Source of the DNA: Alphaproteobacteria bacterium
GTDB taxonomy: Bacteria > Pseudomonadota > Alphaproteobacteria > MPNO01
NCBI GenBank assembly: GCA_964291675.2
Contig: OZ219866.1
Location: 928,001 to 992,000, forward strand
Reading direction: 5' to 3'
Length of the DNA stretch: 64,000 bases
Part shown: one piece after another, positions 41,623 to 55,885 of the stretch
Position numbering within the stretch: the stretch's first letter is position 1
Layout of the letters: every line of letters starts with the position of its first letter
The notes under the pieces: model-generated
The model's database searches: none
Told to the model about the DNA's origin: nothing
The model's input: the letters and a program-made list of their open reading frames with translations, nothing else
Made by a program: the position numbers and the translations under genes

Positions 41623-42438
41623 ATGCGGCTGCTGATCTGCGGCGACGTGGTGGGACGGTCGGGGCGGAGCGTCGTCCGCGACGAGCTGCCGCTTCTGCGC
41701 GAGACCCTCGACCTCGACTTCGTGATCGTCAACGGCGAGAACGCGGCGGGCGGGTTCGGCATCACGCCCAAGATATGCGACCAGCTCTTCGAGGTTGGGG
41801 CGGACGTGATCACCACCGGCAACCACGTGTTCGACCAGCGCGAGATCATTCCCCATTTCGACCGCGAGAAACGGTTGCTGCGCCCGGACAACTATCCGCT
41901 GGCCACCCCGGGCCGCGGCTGGGGGGTGTTCCCCGACCGCCGCGGCCGCAAGGTGCTGGTGCTGCACGCGATGGGCCGGCTGTTCATGGACCCGCTCGAC
42001 GACCCGTTCGCGTTCGCCGCCAGGCGGCTTGCCGAGGACGGGCTGATGCGCACCGTCTCGGCCATCGCGGTCGATTTTCACGGCGAGGCGACCAGCGAGA
42101 AGATGGCCTTCGGCCATTTTCTCGACGGCCGGGTGTCGTTCGTGGTCGGAACCCATACCCATGTGCCGACTGCCGATGCGCAGATCCTTCCGGGCGGCAC
42201 CGCCTATCAGACCGATATCGGCATGTGCGGCGATTACGATTCGGTGATCGGGATGAAGAAGGCGACCTCCGTCGAACGCTTCGTGCGCAAGATGCCGACC
42301 GTCAGGCTCGAAGCCGCCGACGGCGCGGCCACGCTATGCGCCGCCTTCGTCGAGACCGACGATTCGACCGGCTTGGCGCTGCGCATCGATCCGCTGCGAA
42401 TCGGCGGCCGGCTGAGCGCCGCGCTTCCGGACCGCTGA
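41623..42438 (+). CDS. YmdB-like metallophosphoesterase
   Basis: GDVVG, NGENAAGG, TTGNH, DFHGEATSEK, GTHTH. Confidence 0.93.
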   Translation: MRLLICGDVVGRSGRSVVRDELPLLRETLDLDFVIVNGENAAGGFGITPKICDQLFEVGADVITTGNHVFDQREIIPHFDREKRLLRPDNYPLATPGRGWGVFPDRRGRKVLVLHAMGRLFMDPLDDPFAFAARRLAEDGLMRTVSAIAVDFHGEATSEKMAFGHFLDGRVSFVVGTHTHVPTADAQILPGGTAYQTDIGMCGDYDSVIGMKKATSVERFVRKMPTVRLEAADGAATLCAAFVETDDSTGLALRIDPLRIGGRLSAALPDR

Positions 42439-42618
42439 CGGCCCCCCGCCCGTATCGCTTTTCCAAGCAATGGCTTGGGCTTAGTCAAAATGTCGCCACA
42501 TTGATCGTCGACAAGGTGCGGTCGTTCGTGGTGCGTTCCACTCCATCGGCGGCTGCGTTAGGGTTCGCGACATTCGAAACCGGGCACGACGCGGATCGTT
42601 CCCGCGCGAAGGGATTGC

Positions 42619-43368
42619 ATGGCCGGTCACTCAAAATTCAAGAACATCATGCACCGCAAGAGCGCCCAGGACGCCAAGCGCTCGAAGCTGTTCACCCGGC
42701 TGATCCGCGAGCTCGCCGTCGCCGCGCGCTCCGGCCTGCCCGACCCCGACCAGAACCCCCGGCTGCGCTCGGCGGTGGCCGCCGCCAAGGCCGCCAATAT
42801 GGGCGGCGAGACCATCGATCGCGCCATCCGGCGCGGCTCCGGCGCCGAGGACGGGGAGCAGTATGACGAGATCCGCTACGAGGGTTACGGCCCCGGCGGC
42901 ATCGCGATCATCGCCGAGGCGCTGACCGAGAACCGCAACCGGACCGCGGCGGAGGTTCGCGCCGCCTTCGCCAAGCACGGCGGCAATCTCGGCGAGACCA
43001 ACAGCGTCTCCTTCATGTTCGACCGCGTCGGCGCGGTGCGCTACCCGGGCGGGTCGGCGTCCGGCGACGAGATGTTCGAGGCCGCGCTCGAGGCCGGCGC
43101 GACCGACGTGGAGTCGGCCGAGGACGGCCACGAGGTGGTGTGCGCGCCGGAAGACTTCAACGAAGTCCGCGAGGCGCTGGAGACGCGCTTCGGGACGCCG
43201 GAATCGGCGGAGCTGGCCTGGCGGCCATCGAGCACCGTCGAGGTCGACGAGGCCGGCGCGGAGAGGCTGTTCAGGCTGCTCGAGGCGCTGGAGGAGAACG
43301 ACGATGTGCAGTCGGTGGCGGCGAATTTCAGCGTCGCCGACGACATCATGGCGAGACTGACCAGTTGA
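42619..43368 (+). CDS. yebC: YebC/PmpR family protein
   Basis: [27 protein letters not shown]. Confidence 0.95.
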   Translation: MAGHSKFKNIMHRKSAQDAKRSKLFTRLIRELAVAARSGLPDPDQNPRLRSAVAAAKAANMGGETIDRAIRRGSGAEDGEQYDEIRYEGYGPGGIAIIAEALTENRNRTAAEVRAAFAKHGGNLGETNSVSFMFDRVGAVRYPGGSASGDEMFEAALEAGATDVESAEDGHEVVCAPEDFNEVREALETRFGTPESAELAWRPSSTVEVDEAGAERLFRLLEALEENDDVQSVAANFSVADDIMARLTS

Positions 43369-43889
43369 GGGGGTCCGAGACCCGCCTGCTCGGCCTCGAT
43401 CCCGGGCTGCGGGCGACCGGCTGGGGCGTTATCGACGTCGACGGCAACCGGCTGAGCCATGTGGCGGACGGCGCGGTGCGCCCGCCCACCGGGGGCTCGC
43501 TGGCTGACCGGCTCGCCGCGCTCCACGGCGCGCTCGCCCGGGTGATCGACACCTACCGGCCCGACGAGGCGGCGGTCGAGGAGACCTTCGTCAACCGCAA
43601 CCCCGCGTCCGCGCTGCGTCTCGGCCAGGCCCGCGGGGTGGTCCTGCTGGCGCCCGCCGAGGCCGGGCTGCCGGTCGCCGAATACCCGGCGAACCTGGTC
43701 AAGAAGTCGATCGTCGGCGCCGGCCACGCCGACAAGGGCCAGATCTCGGCCATGGTCCGTGCCCTGCTCGCCATCCGCGGCGTCTCGTCGTCGGATGCCG
43801 GCGACGCGCTGGCGGTCGCGATATGCCATGCCCATCACCGCGCGACCCGCGACCGCATCGCGGCCGCCGCCGGGGAGGCGCGGCCGTGA
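43365..43889 (+). CDS. ruvC: Holliday junction resolvase RuvC
   Basis: [32 protein letters not shown]; TTG start overlaps the yebC stop. Confidence 0.95.
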   Translation: MRGSETRLLGLDPGLRATGWGVIDVDGNRLSHVADGAVRPPTGGSLADRLAALHGALARVIDTYRPDEAAVEETFVNRNPASALRLGQARGVVLLAPAEAGLPVAEYPANLVKKSIVGAGHADKGQISAMVRALLAIRGVSSSDAGDALAVAICHAHHRATRDRIAAAAGEARP

Positions 43890-44491
43890 TCGCCAGGCTC
43901 ACCGGGCGGATCGATTCGACGTCCGCAGACGCGGCGGTGATCGACGTCGCCGGGGTGGGATACCTGGTCTACTGCTCGGCGCGCACGCTCGACGCCCTGC
44001 CCGCGGCGGGCGAGGCGGCGAGCCTCCATGTCGAGACCCATGTGCGCGAGGATCACATCCACCTCTACGGCTTCGCGGAGCCCGCCGAACGCGACTGGTT
44101 TCGCCTGCTGACCACCGTCCAGGGGGTCGGCACCCGGGTCGCGCTCGCCATCCTGTCGGCGCTGAGCACGGACCGGCTGGGCGCCGCGCTGCTGGCGGGC
44201 GATGCGGACATGCTGACCCAGGCGCCGGGCGTCGGAAAGCGGCTCGCCGGGCGCATTCTGGCCGAGCTCGGCGACAAGGCGATCCCCGCCCGCGATGCGC
44301 TGCCGGGTGCCGCCGACGGCGCCGGGGACGGCCGCGCCGGCGCGGTCGACGATGCGGTCTCCGCGCTGGTCAATCTCGGCTACCGGCGGGGCGAGGCCCA
44401 TGGCGCGGTGGCCGAGGCGGCGCGGTCGCTCGGGCCCGCGGTCGAGGTCGAGGCGCTGATCCGCGCCGGCCTCAGGGATCTCGCCTCGTGA
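43886..44491 (+). CDS. ruvA: Holliday junction branch migration protein RuvA
   Basis: IARLTG, GVGY, VRED..LYGF, VQGVG, ALVNLGY. Confidence 0.96.
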   Translation: MIARLTGRIDSTSADAAVIDVAGVGYLVYCSARTLDALPAAGEAASLHVETHVREDHIHLYGFAEPAERDWFRLLTTVQGVGTRVALAILSALSTDRLGAALLAGDADMLTQAPGVGKRLAGRILAELGDKAIPARDALPGAADGAGDGRAGAVDDAVSALVNLGYRRGEAHGAVAEAARSLGPAVEVEALIRAGLRDLAS

Positions 44492-45543
44492 CCGCCGAGC
44501 GCCCGAACGCGGCCGCCTACGATATCGACGGCGACGCCGGCGAGGCGGCGCTGCGCCCGCGCCGGCTCGATGCGTTCATCGGCCAGGAACGGCTGCGCCG
44601 CAACCTCGCGGTCTTCATCGACGCGGCGCGGGCGCGCGAGGAGCCGCTCGACCATGTCCTGCTGCATGGCCCGCCCGGCCTGGGCAAGACCACGCTGGCC
44701 CAGATCGTCGCCCGCGAGCTCGGCGTCGGGTTCCGCGCCACCTCGGGCCCGGTGCTCGCGCGCGCCGGCGATCTCGCCGCCGTGCTGACCAACCTGGAGC
44801 TGCGCGACGTCCTGTTCATCGACGAGATCCACCGCCTCAACCCGGCGGTCGAGGAGATCCTCTACCCGGCGATGGAGGATTTCCAGCTCGACCTGATCAT
44901 CGGCGCCGGCCCGGCGGCGCGCTCGGTGCGGATCGACCTGCAGCGCTTCACCCTGATCGGAGCGACGACGCGCGCCGGGCTGGTCTCGACTCCGCTGCGC
45001 GACCGCTTCGGGATACCGCTCAGGCTCGATTTCTACACCGACGCCGAGCTCGAGACGATCGTCGCGCGCGGCGCCCGGCTGCTCGACATCGGGATCACCG
45101 CCGACGGCGCGTCGGAGATCGCCCGGCGGTCGCGCGGCACGCCGAGAATCGCCGGCCGGCTGCTGCGCCGGCTGCGGGATTTCGCCGCCGTCGACGGGGC
45201 GGACGGGATCGACGCGGCGCTCGCCGATAGCGGGCTCGCCAGGCTGGAAGTCGACCGCCTCGGTCTCGATCTGATGGACCGGCGCTATCTCGACTGCATC
45301 GCCAGCAACTACGGCGGCGGCCCGGTCGGGGTCGACACGCTGGCGGCGGCGCTGTCCGAGCAGCGCGACGCGATCGAGGAGGTGATCGAGCCCTTCCTGA
45401 TCCAGCAGGGGCTGGTCCGGCGCACCGCGCGCGGGCGCACGCTCGCCGACCGGGCGTTCCGCCATCTCGGCGTGGCGCCGCCGCCGCGCGACGCGGACCA
45501 GCCCGACCTGCTGGGCGACGGCGAGGCGCCCGACGATGGTTGA
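44488..45543 (+). CDS. ruvB: Holliday junction helicase RuvB
   Basis: [33 protein letters not shown]. Confidence 0.97.
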   Translation: MTAERPNAAAYDIDGDAGEAALRPRRLDAFIGQERLRRNLAVFIDAARAREEPLDHVLLHGPPGLGKTTLAQIVARELGVGFRATSGPVLARAGDLAAVLTNLELRDVLFIDEIHRLNPAVEEILYPAMEDFQLDLIIGAGPAARSVRIDLQRFTLIGATTRAGLVSTPLRDRFGIPLRLDFYTDAELETIVARGARLLDIGITADGASEIARRSRGTPRIAGRLLRRLRDFAAVDGADGIDAALADSGLARLEVDRLGLDLMDRRYLDCIASNYGGGPVGVDTLAAALSEQRDAIEEVIEPFLIQQGLVRRTARGRTLADRAFRHLGVAPPPRDADQPDLLGDGEAPDDG

Positions 45544-46024
45544 GCCGGGGGTTGAGCCGGGGGTGGGGCCGGTCTCCGGCGTTCTCCGGGACGCGGAGCA
45601 TGTCTACCGGCTGCGGGTCTATTTCGAGGACACCGACGCCGCGGGCATCGTCTACTACGCGAGCTATCTCCGCATGGCCGAACGCGCGCGGACCGAGATG
45701 ATGCGCCTGCTCGGCGCCGACCACGCCGGCATGATGCGCGGCGACGGCCTGGTGCTCACCGTGCGCCGATGCGCCATCGAATACCTGGCGCCGGCCCGGC
45801 TCGACGACGTGCTGGAGATCCGTTCGTGCCTGGTGGAGGTCGGCGGCGCCAGCCTGCGCGCCCGCCAGACCGTCCATCGGGACGGCGACACGCTGGCGCG
45901 CATCGATCTCAGGCTCGCCTGCGTGACCGACATCGGCCGCCCGGCACGGTTTCCCGCGCGGCTTCGTTCGGCGCTCGCCGGGCTCGGCCGCGCCGTCTCT
46001 CCCGCATCGACCCAGCGAGTGTGA
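45536..46024 (+). CDS. ybgC: Tol-Pal-associated acyl-CoA thioesterase
   Basis: [31 protein letters not shown]. Confidence 0.9.
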   Translation: MVEPGVEPGVGPVSGVLRDAEHVYRLRVYFEDTDAAGIVYYASYLRMAERARTEMMRLLGADHAGMMRGDGLVLTVRRCAIEYLAPARLDDVLEIRSCLVEVGGASLRARQTVHRDGDTLARIDLRLACVTDIGRPARFPARLRSALAGLGRAVSPASTQRV

Positions 46025-46026
46025 CC

Positions 46027-46746
<720 letters not shown>

Positions 46747-46749
46747 ACC

Positions 46750-47226
46750 GTGGCGATCCCGGTCGGCAACGGCTCCGCGACCCGCCAGGCACGGCGCATG
46801 GCCAGATACCGCCCGATGAGCGAGATCAACGTCACGCCCTTCGTCGACGTGATGCTGGTGCTCCTGGTGGTGTTCATGATCACCGCGCCGCTGCTCACCG
46901 TGGGCGTTCCCGTCGACCTGCCCAAGACGGCCGCCTCGCGCATGGTGGGTCAGGACGAGCCCCTGGTGATCACCGTGCGGGCCGACGGCACGGTCTATAT
47001 CCAGGATACCGCGATCGAATTGCCGCGGCTGATCCCGCGCCTCGCCGCGATCACCGAGAACAGGAAGGACACGCGCATCTTCGTGCGCGGCGACAAGGCG
47101 GTTCCCTACGGCCGGGTGATGGAGGTCATGGGGTCGGTCAACCTGGCCGGCTTCCAGCGCGTCGCCTTGATCACCCAGCTGCCGCCAGAGGGCGAGGCCA
47201 AGCCGTCGGACCGGGCGGAGCGTTGA
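46750..47226 (+). CDS. tolR: TolR
   Basis: [30 protein letters not shown]. Confidence 0.95.
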   Translation: MAIPVGNGSATRQARRMARYRPMSEINVTPFVDVMLVLLVVFMITAPLLTVGVPVDLPKTAASRMVGQDEPLVITVRADGTVYIQDTAIELPRLIPRLAAITENRKDTRIFVRGDKAVPYGRVMEVMGSVNLAGFQRVALITQLPPEGEAKPSDRAER

Positions 47227-47229
47227 ACG

Positions 47230-48201
47230 GTGCGCGCCGGCATCTCGCTGTCCGCCGGTCTTCACGTGGGGGCGATCGCCATCGCGCTGGTCAGCTTGCC
47301 GTCGCTGTTCGATCGCGAGGCGCCTGCCGAGATGGTGGTCGCGGTCACGGTGGTGGCGGAAACGTCCGAGCCGAAGACGGAGCCGCCGCCTCCCGAGCCG
47401 GAACCGAAGCCCGAACCGAAACCGGAACCGCCGCCCCCCGAGCCAGAGCCGCCGCCACCACAGCCCGAGCCGGAACCGCCGCCGCCGCCACCCGAACCCG
47501 AGCCGCCGCCGCCCCCGCCGGAGCCGCCGCCGCCACCGCCCGAACCCGAGCCACCGCTCCCGCCCCCGCCGGAACCCAAACCGGAACCCGAGCCCGAACC
47601 GAAACCGGAGCCCAAGCCCAAGCCCAAGCCCAAGCCCAAGCCCAAGCCCAAGCCCAAGCCAAAAGCGGCAGAGGTGCCGGCGCCGAAAGCAAAGCCCAAA
47701 GCCGTTCAGCGGCAAGTCGCCAGGGCCGTCCCGGCGCCGCGGCGCAAGCCCAACCCGCCGCCGGATGCGTTCGACACCCTGCTGCGCGACCTGGATCGGC
47801 AACGCAAGACCGCGAGCCAGACCCCGCGCCGGCAGGCCAGGCCCGCCCCGGCGCCGGGTCCGCAAGGCGGGCTCGACCGGCGCCGCCTGATCGCCGGGCT
47901 GGTCGAGCGGATCCGCGAGCAGGTGTGGCCCTGCTGGAACCCGCCGGTCGGGATCAAGGATGCCCACAAGCTGCGGGTCGCGATAAGAATAGAGCTCAAC
48001 CCCGACGGGACGCTGGTGGGCAGCCCGCGTATCGTCGACCGGCAGAGATTGACCGCCGATCCGGTCTTCCGGGCCTACGCGGAGAGCGCGGTCCGGGCGT
48101 TGCAGAACCCGGATTGCCGCCCGCTCCGCCTGCCGCTCGAATCCTACCGGGCCTGGCGGCAAATTTCCCTAAACTTCGACACCAGGGAGCTATTGCGATG
48201 A
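47230..48201 (+). CDS. tolA: TolA (Pro-rich, TonB-like)
   Basis: N-terminal TM S-x3-H (SAGLH), EP/KP repeats, C-terminal CWNPP..AVRAL domain; sits between tolR and tolB. Confidence 0.85.
   Translation: MRAGISLSAGLHVGAIAIALVSLPSLFDREAPAEMVVAVTVVAETSEPKTEPPPPEPEPKPEPKPEPPPPEPEPPPPQPEPEPPPPPPEPEPPPPPPEPPPPPPEPEPPLPPPPEPKPEPEPEPKPEPKPKPKPKPKPKPKPKPKAAEVPAPKAKPKAVQRQVARAVPAPRRKPNPPPDAFDTLLRDLDRQRKTASQTPRRQARPAPAPGPQGGLDRRRLIAGLVERIREQVWPCWNPPVGIKDAHKLRVAIRIELNPDGTLVGSPRIVDRQRLTADPVFRAYAESAVRALQNPDCRPLRLPLESYRAWRQISLNFDTRELLR
47611..47658 (+). repeat. (CCCAAG)8 tandem hexamer encoding PK repeats
   Basis: Eight perfect units read directly. Confidence 0.9.
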
Positions 48202-49550
48202 AGACCTTTTGCCATCTCGGTCCAGGGCGTCCGATCCGGTTCGCCGTGCTGGCTGTCGCCGCGGCTTTCGCGATGGCGATGCCCGCCGATGCCCAGCTCC
48301 GCGTGGACATCACCCGCGGCAAGGTGGAGCCGCTGCCCATCGCGATCCCCGACTTCCAGGGCAAGGATCCCGGCAGCGCGGCCTATGGCAGACAGGTCAC
48401 CGAGGTGATCGCCGGCGACCTCGCGCGGTCCGGGCTGTTCCGCCCCATCGACAAGCAGGCGTTCATCCAGTCCGCCGCCGATATCGGCGTCCAGCCGCGC
48501 TTCGGCGACTGGCGGCTGATCAATGCCCAGGCGCTGGTCAACGGCCTGGCCAGGGTCGAGCAGGACGGCCGGCTCGTCGTCGAGTTCAGGCTGTGGGACG
48601 TGTTCGCCCAGCAGCAGATGATCGGCACGCGATACCGCACGGCGCCGGACAACTGGCGGGTGGTCGCGCACCGGATCGCCGACAAGATCTATCAGCGGAT
48701 CACCGGCGAGAGCGGCTATTTCGACACCCGCGTCGTCTATGTCGACGAGTCCGGCCCCGCAGCGCGCCGCATCAAGCGGCTGGCGATCATGGATCAGGAC
48801 GGCGCCAATCACCGCTATCTGACCAGCGGCGAGCATCTCGTGCTGACGCCGCGCTTCTCGCCCACCGAGCAGGAGATCACCTTCCTCTCCTTCGTCAACA
48901 ACCAGCCCCGCGTCTATGTCTACAACATCGACACCGGCCAGCAGGAGGTGCTGGGCGACTTCCCCGGCATGACCTTCGCGCCGCGCTTCTCGCCCGACGG
49001 GACCACCGTGGTCATGAGCATGGCGCGCAACGGCAATTCCGAGATCTACGCCATGGATCTGCGCACCCGGCGGGTGCGCAGGCTGACCAACCACCCGGCG
49101 ATCGACACCTCGCCCTCGGTCTCTCCCGACGGCAAGCGCCTGGTGTTCAACTCGGATCGCAGCGGGCAGCAGCAGATCTACGTCATGGACATCGAAGGGG
49201 GGAGCGCGCGGCGCGTGAGTTTCGGCGAGGGGCGCTACGCGACGCCGGTCTGGTCGCCGCGCGGCGATCTGGTCGCCTTCACCAAGATCAACCGCGGCCG
49301 GTTCTCGATCGGCGTGATGCGGCCCGACGGGTCGGGCGAGCGCATCCTGGTCACGGACTTCCTGGTCGAGGGTCCGACCTGGGCGCCCAACGGCCGGGTG
49401 CTGATGTATTTCCGCCAGCCGCGCGCCCGCCCGGGGGCGAAGAAGCCGGGGCCGAGGCTGTTTTCGATCGACCTCACCGGACATAACGAACGCGAGATCG
49501 ACACGCCGCGCGATGCCTCGGACCCGGCGTGGTCGCCGCTCAAGCGCTGA
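48198..49550 (+). CDS. tolB: TolB
   Basis: [27 protein letters not shown], propeller repeats (PRFSP, PVWSP, PTWAP); ATG at 48198. Confidence 0.96.
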   Translation: MKTFCHLGPGRPIRFAVLAVAAAFAMAMPADAQLRVDITRGKVEPLPIAIPDFQGKDPGSAAYGRQVTEVIAGDLARSGLFRPIDKQAFIQSAADIGVQPRFGDWRLINAQALVNGLARVEQDGRLVVEFRLWDVFAQQQMIGTRYRTAPDNWRVVAHRIADKIYQRITGESGYFDTRVVYVDESGPAARRIKRLAIMDQDGANHRYLTSGEHLVLTPRFSPTEQEITFLSFVNNQPRVYVYNIDTGQQEVLGDFPGMTFAPRFSPDGTTVVMSMARNGNSEIYAMDLRTRRVRRLTNHPAIDTSPSVSPDGKRLVFNSDRSGQQQIYVMDIEGGSARRVSFGEGRYATPVWSPRGDLVAFTKINRGRFSIGVMRPDGSGERILVTDFLVEGPTWAPNGRVLMYFRQPRARPGAKKPGPRLFSIDLTGHNEREIDTPRDASDPAWSPLKR

Positions 49551-49552
49551 GA

Positions 49553-49569
49553 TGCGACAAAATGTCGCA
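49553..49569. promoter_or_regulatory. Palindrome resembling a RegA/RegR/PrrA box upstream of pal
   Basis: TGCGACA-AAA-TGTCGCA, i.e. GCGAC-N5-GTCGC. Confidence 0.4.
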
Positions 49570-49709
49570 CCCGTTGCAACGACCGGAAGCGGTCCGAATA
49601 TCGGGTGCAGGCGTCTGTTGAATTCCGCCTGCCCGGGCGTCATATTGCGGCGGTCCGACAGCGCCCGCGTCGCAAGCCGACGGGCGCCTGACATGTGGGG
49701 GACGGTTCC

Positions 49710-50270
49710 ATGCGGTTCGGGAAACTTGCGGTCGTCCTGGCCGCGGCCATGTTGTGGGGGTGCGGCTCCACCGCCGACAGGGAGGCGTCCGGCCCGGCCG
49801 CCGGCGATGCGGGCGCGGCGACGGCATCCGAGACGACGGCAGGCGAGGGGATCGCCTCGACGGAGCTGACGACGCAGCCGGCCATTCCGCCGGGAACGCC
49901 GGAGGATTTCGTCGTCAATGTCGGCGATCGCGTGCATTTCGGCTTCGACCGCTTCGACCTGACCGAAGAGGCGCGCAACGTCCTTCGCGGGCAGGCGGAA
50001 TGGCTCAAGCGGCATGCTTCGATCACGGTCACCATCGCCGGCCACGCCGATGAGCGGGGAACGCGCGAATACAACCTCGCCCTCGGCGAACGCAGGGCGA
50101 TCAGCGTGCGCAACTTCCTGATCGCGCTGGGCGTCGACCCGGGCCGGATCCGCACGGTCAGCTACGGCAAGGAACGCCCGGTGGATCCGGCGTCCACCGA
50201 AGAAGCCTGGGCGCAGAACAGGCGCGGCGTGACGCAGGTCGACATATCGTCGCTCCGGGTCACCAACTGA
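49710..50270 (+). CDS. pal: Peptidoglycan-associated lipoprotein Pal
   Basis: Lipobox LWGC, FGFD, GHADERGTREYNLALGERRA, SYGKERP, QNRR. Confidence 0.96.
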   Translation: MRFGKLAVVLAAAMLWGCGSTADREASGPAAGDAGAATASETTAGEGIASTELTTQPAIPPGTPEDFVVNVGDRVHFGFDRFDLTEEARNVLRGQAEWLKRHASITVTIAGHADERGTREYNLALGERRAISVRNFLIALGVDPGRIRTVSYGKERPVDPASTEEAWAQNRRGVTQVDISSLRVTN

Positions 50271-50366
50271 GCCGGCGGCCGCGCCCAAAAATAGCCATAA
50301 ACCGTCCCCATCGTGAGATTCCTTCCGCGGCCCGGAAAGCCGATCGGAGAGGGGGGTCATGGACCG

Positions 50367-51275
50367 ATGAAGCGATGCCCGGCAGGGTTGACGGGCCCGG
50401 CGGCGGTGCTGTTGACGCTCGGCCTCGTGGCGGCGTCCACCCCGGCGGCGGCGCAGTCCTTCGAACTGCTTGAACTTACCGAGCGGGTCGAACGGCTGGA
50501 GCGCGAGCTCCAGACCCTGCGGCGCCCGCCTCCCGCCGCCGCCGCCGCGAAGACCCCGGACGGAGCGGCCCAGGCGGAAATCCGCCTGAACGCGTTCGAG
50601 CGCCTGCTGCGCGGCTTCGAACAGCGCATCGAAACCCTCGAGAACCAGCGGCGGCGCGATGCAGAACGTCTGGACAAGCTCGCGTCCGACCTCGAGCACC
50701 GGCTGCGGACGCTGGAACGGGGGGCGCCGCCGCCCGCCGCCAGCGCCGAACCCGGGGAACGAAGCGCGTCGGTCATCGGCGGAACCACCGCGCCCGACGC
50801 CCCGCCCCGCCCGCTCGGCACGCTCAAGCTCGGCAGCGGCGCGGAAGCCGCCTCCCTCGCACCGCCCGCCCCCGTCCTCCCCGACGGCAGCCCCAAGGAG
50901 CAATACGACCACGCGCTCTCGCTGACCCTCAAGGAGGCCGATTACGCCCGGGCCGGCGCCGCGTTCCGCGCCTTCATCGACGCCTACCCGCAGCACGACC
51001 TGACCGGGAACGCCTATTTCTGGCTGGGCCGGACCCATTTCGTGCGCAAGGATTACGAGGGCGCGTCCTTCGCCTTCGCGGACGGCTACAAGAAGTTCCC
51101 CAAGGGGCCCAAGGCGGCCGACAACCTCTACAATCTCGGCATGTCGCTGCGCGCGCTCGGCAAGAAGCGGGAGGCGTGTACCGCCTTCGCGCGGCTGCTC
51201 GACCGGTTTCCCAAGGCCAACCCGACCCTGAAGAAACGCGTTTCGAGGCAGCAGAAGCGCCTCAAATGCGCATAG
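50367..51275 (+). CDS. cpoB: Cell division coordinator CpoB (YbgF)
   Basis: Signal peptide, coiled coil, TPR region (NAYFWLG, KAADNLYNLG, EACTAF); follows pal. Confidence 0.9.
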   Translation: MKRCPAGLTGPAAVLLTLGLVAASTPAAAQSFELLELTERVERLERELQTLRRPPPAAAAAKTPDGAAQAEIRLNAFERLLRGFEQRIETLENQRRRDAERLDKLASDLEHRLRTLERGAPPPAASAEPGERSASVIGGTTAPDAPPRPLGTLKLGSGAEAASLAPPAPVLPDGSPKEQYDHALSLTLKEADYARAGAAFRAFIDAYPQHDLTGNAYFWLGRTHFVRKDYEGASFAFADGYKKFPKGPKAADNLYNLGMSLRALGKKREACTAFARLLDRFPKANPTLKKRVSRQQKRLKCA

Positions 51276-51279
51276 CCGC

Positions 51280-52617
51280 ATGGGCGCGGCCGCAGATGAG
51301 GCGCTGGACGGCGCCGGTTTCGCCCGTCTGATCGACCCGCTCGGCCCGTTCGAGCCGGCGCCGGCCGTGGCGGCCGCGGTGTCGGGCGGTCCGGACAGCC
51401 TCGCGCTTGCCCTGCTTGCCGCGTCCTGGACCGCCCTGCGCGGGGGCTCGCTGGTCGCGCTGGTGGTCGATCACGGGCTCGGCGACGGGTCCGCCGCGGC
51501 GGCCGACCGCGCGCTCGGGTGGCTTGCCGGGCGCGGTATCGCCGGGGTCAGGCTGCGCTGGCGGGGACCCCGGCCGAAGACCGGAATCCAGGCGGCGGCG
51601 CGGGCGGCGCGCTACCGGCTGCTCGGCGAATGGTGCGCGGCCAACGGCGTTCTGCACTTGCTGACCGGGCACCACCGGGAGGACCAGGCGGAGACGCTCC
51701 TGCTGCGGCTTGCCGCGGGCAGCGGCCCCGACGGGCTCGCCGCCATGCCGCCGATCCAGGAAACCGCCTGGGGCCGGATTCTCCGCCCGCTGCTGGACGT
51801 CGAGCGGTCGCGCCTGCGGGCGGCGCTCGCGGCCCTGGGCCAGGGCTGGATCGAGGACCCGGCCAATGCCGATCCCGCCTTCGCGCGCGCCCGGCTCCGG
51901 GGCTCCGTCCGGGCGCTGGCGCGCGAGGGGATGACCGCGGCCCGGCTCGCCGCGACCGCCGGGCGCCTCGGCGAGGCGCGCGAAGTCCTGGAAGGCGAGA
52001 CCGCGATCCTGCTGGCCCGCGCGGTATCGGTGTTTCCCGCCGGCTTTGCCCGGCTCGATCGGGCGGCGCTTGCCGGCGCGCCGGTCGATCTGTCGCGCCG
52101 CGCGCTCGAGCGCGTCCTCGGCTGTGTCGGCGGCCGCCGCTATGCGCCGCGGCGCACCCGCCTCGCGCCGCTCCTGGACGCGCTGCGCGGCTCCGGCGCG
52201 CTCGCGCCCCGCACGCTCGGCGGCTGTATCGTCCGGCCCGCCGGCGATTCCGTCCTGGTCGCCCGCGAGGCCGCGGCGATCCGCGAGACCGCCCGCGCCG
52301 TCCCCGGCGCGGAGACGCTGTGGGACGGCCGCTTCCGCGTCGCGCTCGCGCCCGGCGCCGAAGGCTGCGGCCCGCTTCGTCTGGGCGCCCTCGGCGCGGC
52401 CGGATGGCGGCAAGTGCGGCGCGCGCTCGAGGCGTCGCCGGCGATGCCGGACAGCGTGTGCCGGTCGCTCCCCGCGCTCTTCGACGATGCGGGCGTTCTC
52501 GAAGCGCCGCATCTCGGCTACCGCCGGGCGGGGGCGGAGGAGGGGCCGCCCGGCGTCGCGCGGATCGCGTTCGCGCCCAAAAGGCCGCTTGCGGCGACCG
52601 AGTTTGCGGTTGTTTAA
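51280..52617 (+). CDS. tilS: tRNA(Ile)-lysidine synthetase
   Basis: SGGPDS, VDHGL, AARAARY, HHREDQAET, RPLL, DPAN. Confidence 0.94.
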   Translation: MGAAADEALDGAGFARLIDPLGPFEPAPAVAAAVSGGPDSLALALLAASWTALRGGSLVALVVDHGLGDGSAAAADRALGWLAGRGIAGVRLRWRGPRPKTGIQAAARAARYRLLGEWCAANGVLHLLTGHHREDQAETLLLRLAAGSGPDGLAAMPPIQETAWGRILRPLLDVERSRLRAALAALGQGWIEDPANADPAFARARLRGSVRALAREGMTAARLAATAGRLGEAREVLEGETAILLARAVSVFPAGFARLDRAALAGAPVDLSRRALERVLGCVGGRRYAPRRTRLAPLLDALRGSGALAPRTLGGCIVRPAGDSVLVAREAAAIRETARAVPGAETLWDGRFRVALAPGAEGCGPLRLGALGAAGWRQVRRALEASPAMPDSVCRSLPALFDDAGVLEAPHLGYRRAGAEEGPPGVARIAFAPKRPLAATEFAVV

Positions 52618-52713
52618 TCCGTCTGCGGCATTATCTATTCATCCTGTCCAGCTAGTGGACGATACTGGGGACGCGGGCGGCAAGCCGCGCCCGGCCGGTT
52701 CGGGAAGCAGGGA

Positions 52714-54653
<1,940 letters not shown>

Positions 54654-54657
<4 letters not shown>

Positions 54658-55823
54658 CCGCCGCCGCCCCGCAGCCGCAGCCATTCACCGTCGAATGGAG
54701 CCCCGGCCTGCCCCGGGGCTCTTGCCTTTCGCCCGACGCGGCGGCCGGCCTCGCGCTGCAGCCCGTCGGTTTGCTGACCGGCGACGTCGCCGCGCGGGCG
54801 GTCGCGGGCGGAACGGCGATGAAGCTCGCGGGCGGGCCGCTCGCCTTCTCGGCCTGTGTCGTGACGCTGGCCGGCGCGCGGGGCCTGCTCCGGACGACGG
54901 TGGGGCTCGGCGAACTCTCGGACTGGGCGGCCGGCGAGAGCGCGGCGCTCGGCCGCGCCGTCGCCCGGCGGCTGGAGCTCCTGTCGCGCCGACGCCCGTC
55001 CTTCGCCGGGCTGTCCCTCGACCGGGCGCGGCTGATCGGGGTGGTGAACGTGACGCCCGACAGCTTCTCCGATGGCGGCGCGCGCTTCGCCGCCGCCGAT
55101 GCGCTCGCCGCCGGGCGGGCGCTCGCCGCGGCGGGCGCGGATTTGATCGACGTCGGCGGCGAGTCGACCAGGCCCGGCGCCGCGCCGGTCGACGCGGCGG
55201 TCGAGCGCGACCGCGTGTTGCCGGTGATCCGCGCGCTCGCGGCGGACGGGATCGCGGTCTCGGTCGATACGCGCCGGGCCGCGGTCATGGCGGCGGCGAT
55301 CGAGGCCGGTGCGGTCGTCGTCAACGACGTGAGCGCGCTTTGCTTCGACCGGGCATCGGCGGCGACCGTCGCCGCCGGACGGGCCGGTGCGATCCTGATG
55401 CACATGCAGGGCGAGCCGGCGACCATGCAGGACGCGCCGGCTTACGCCGACGCGCCCTACGAGGTGTTCCGCTATCTCGACGCGCGGGCGGCGGCGGCGG
55501 CGGCGGCCGGGATCCCCGCCGGGTCGATCGCCGTGGATCCGGGGATCGGCTTCGGCAAGAACGACGATCACAACGCCGCCATCCTGGCCGCGATCGGACT
55601 GTTTCACGCGACCGGCCGCCCGGTGGTGCTGGGCGCCTCGCGCAAGAGCTTCATCGGCCGCATTTCGCGTGGGGAGGCGCCCGGGGCGAGGCTGCCCGGC
55701 TCGCTCGCCGCCGCCGCCGCGGCGGCGCTCCAGGGCGTGCAGCTGTTCCGCGTCCACGACGTCGCCGAGACCCGCCAGGCGCTGGCCGTTATTGCGCGCA
55801 TCGGAGGGCTCGGCGTAACGTGA
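54654..55823 (+). CDS. folP: Dihydropteroate synthase with an N-terminal extension
   Basis: [35 protein letters not shown]; GTGA overlap with the ftsH stop. Confidence 0.94.
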
Positions 55824-55885
55824 ACCCAGGATGTTCCGGTCCGCTGGGGCCGGTCGAGAGTCTGCGTCACCGCAAGCGAGCGGCC

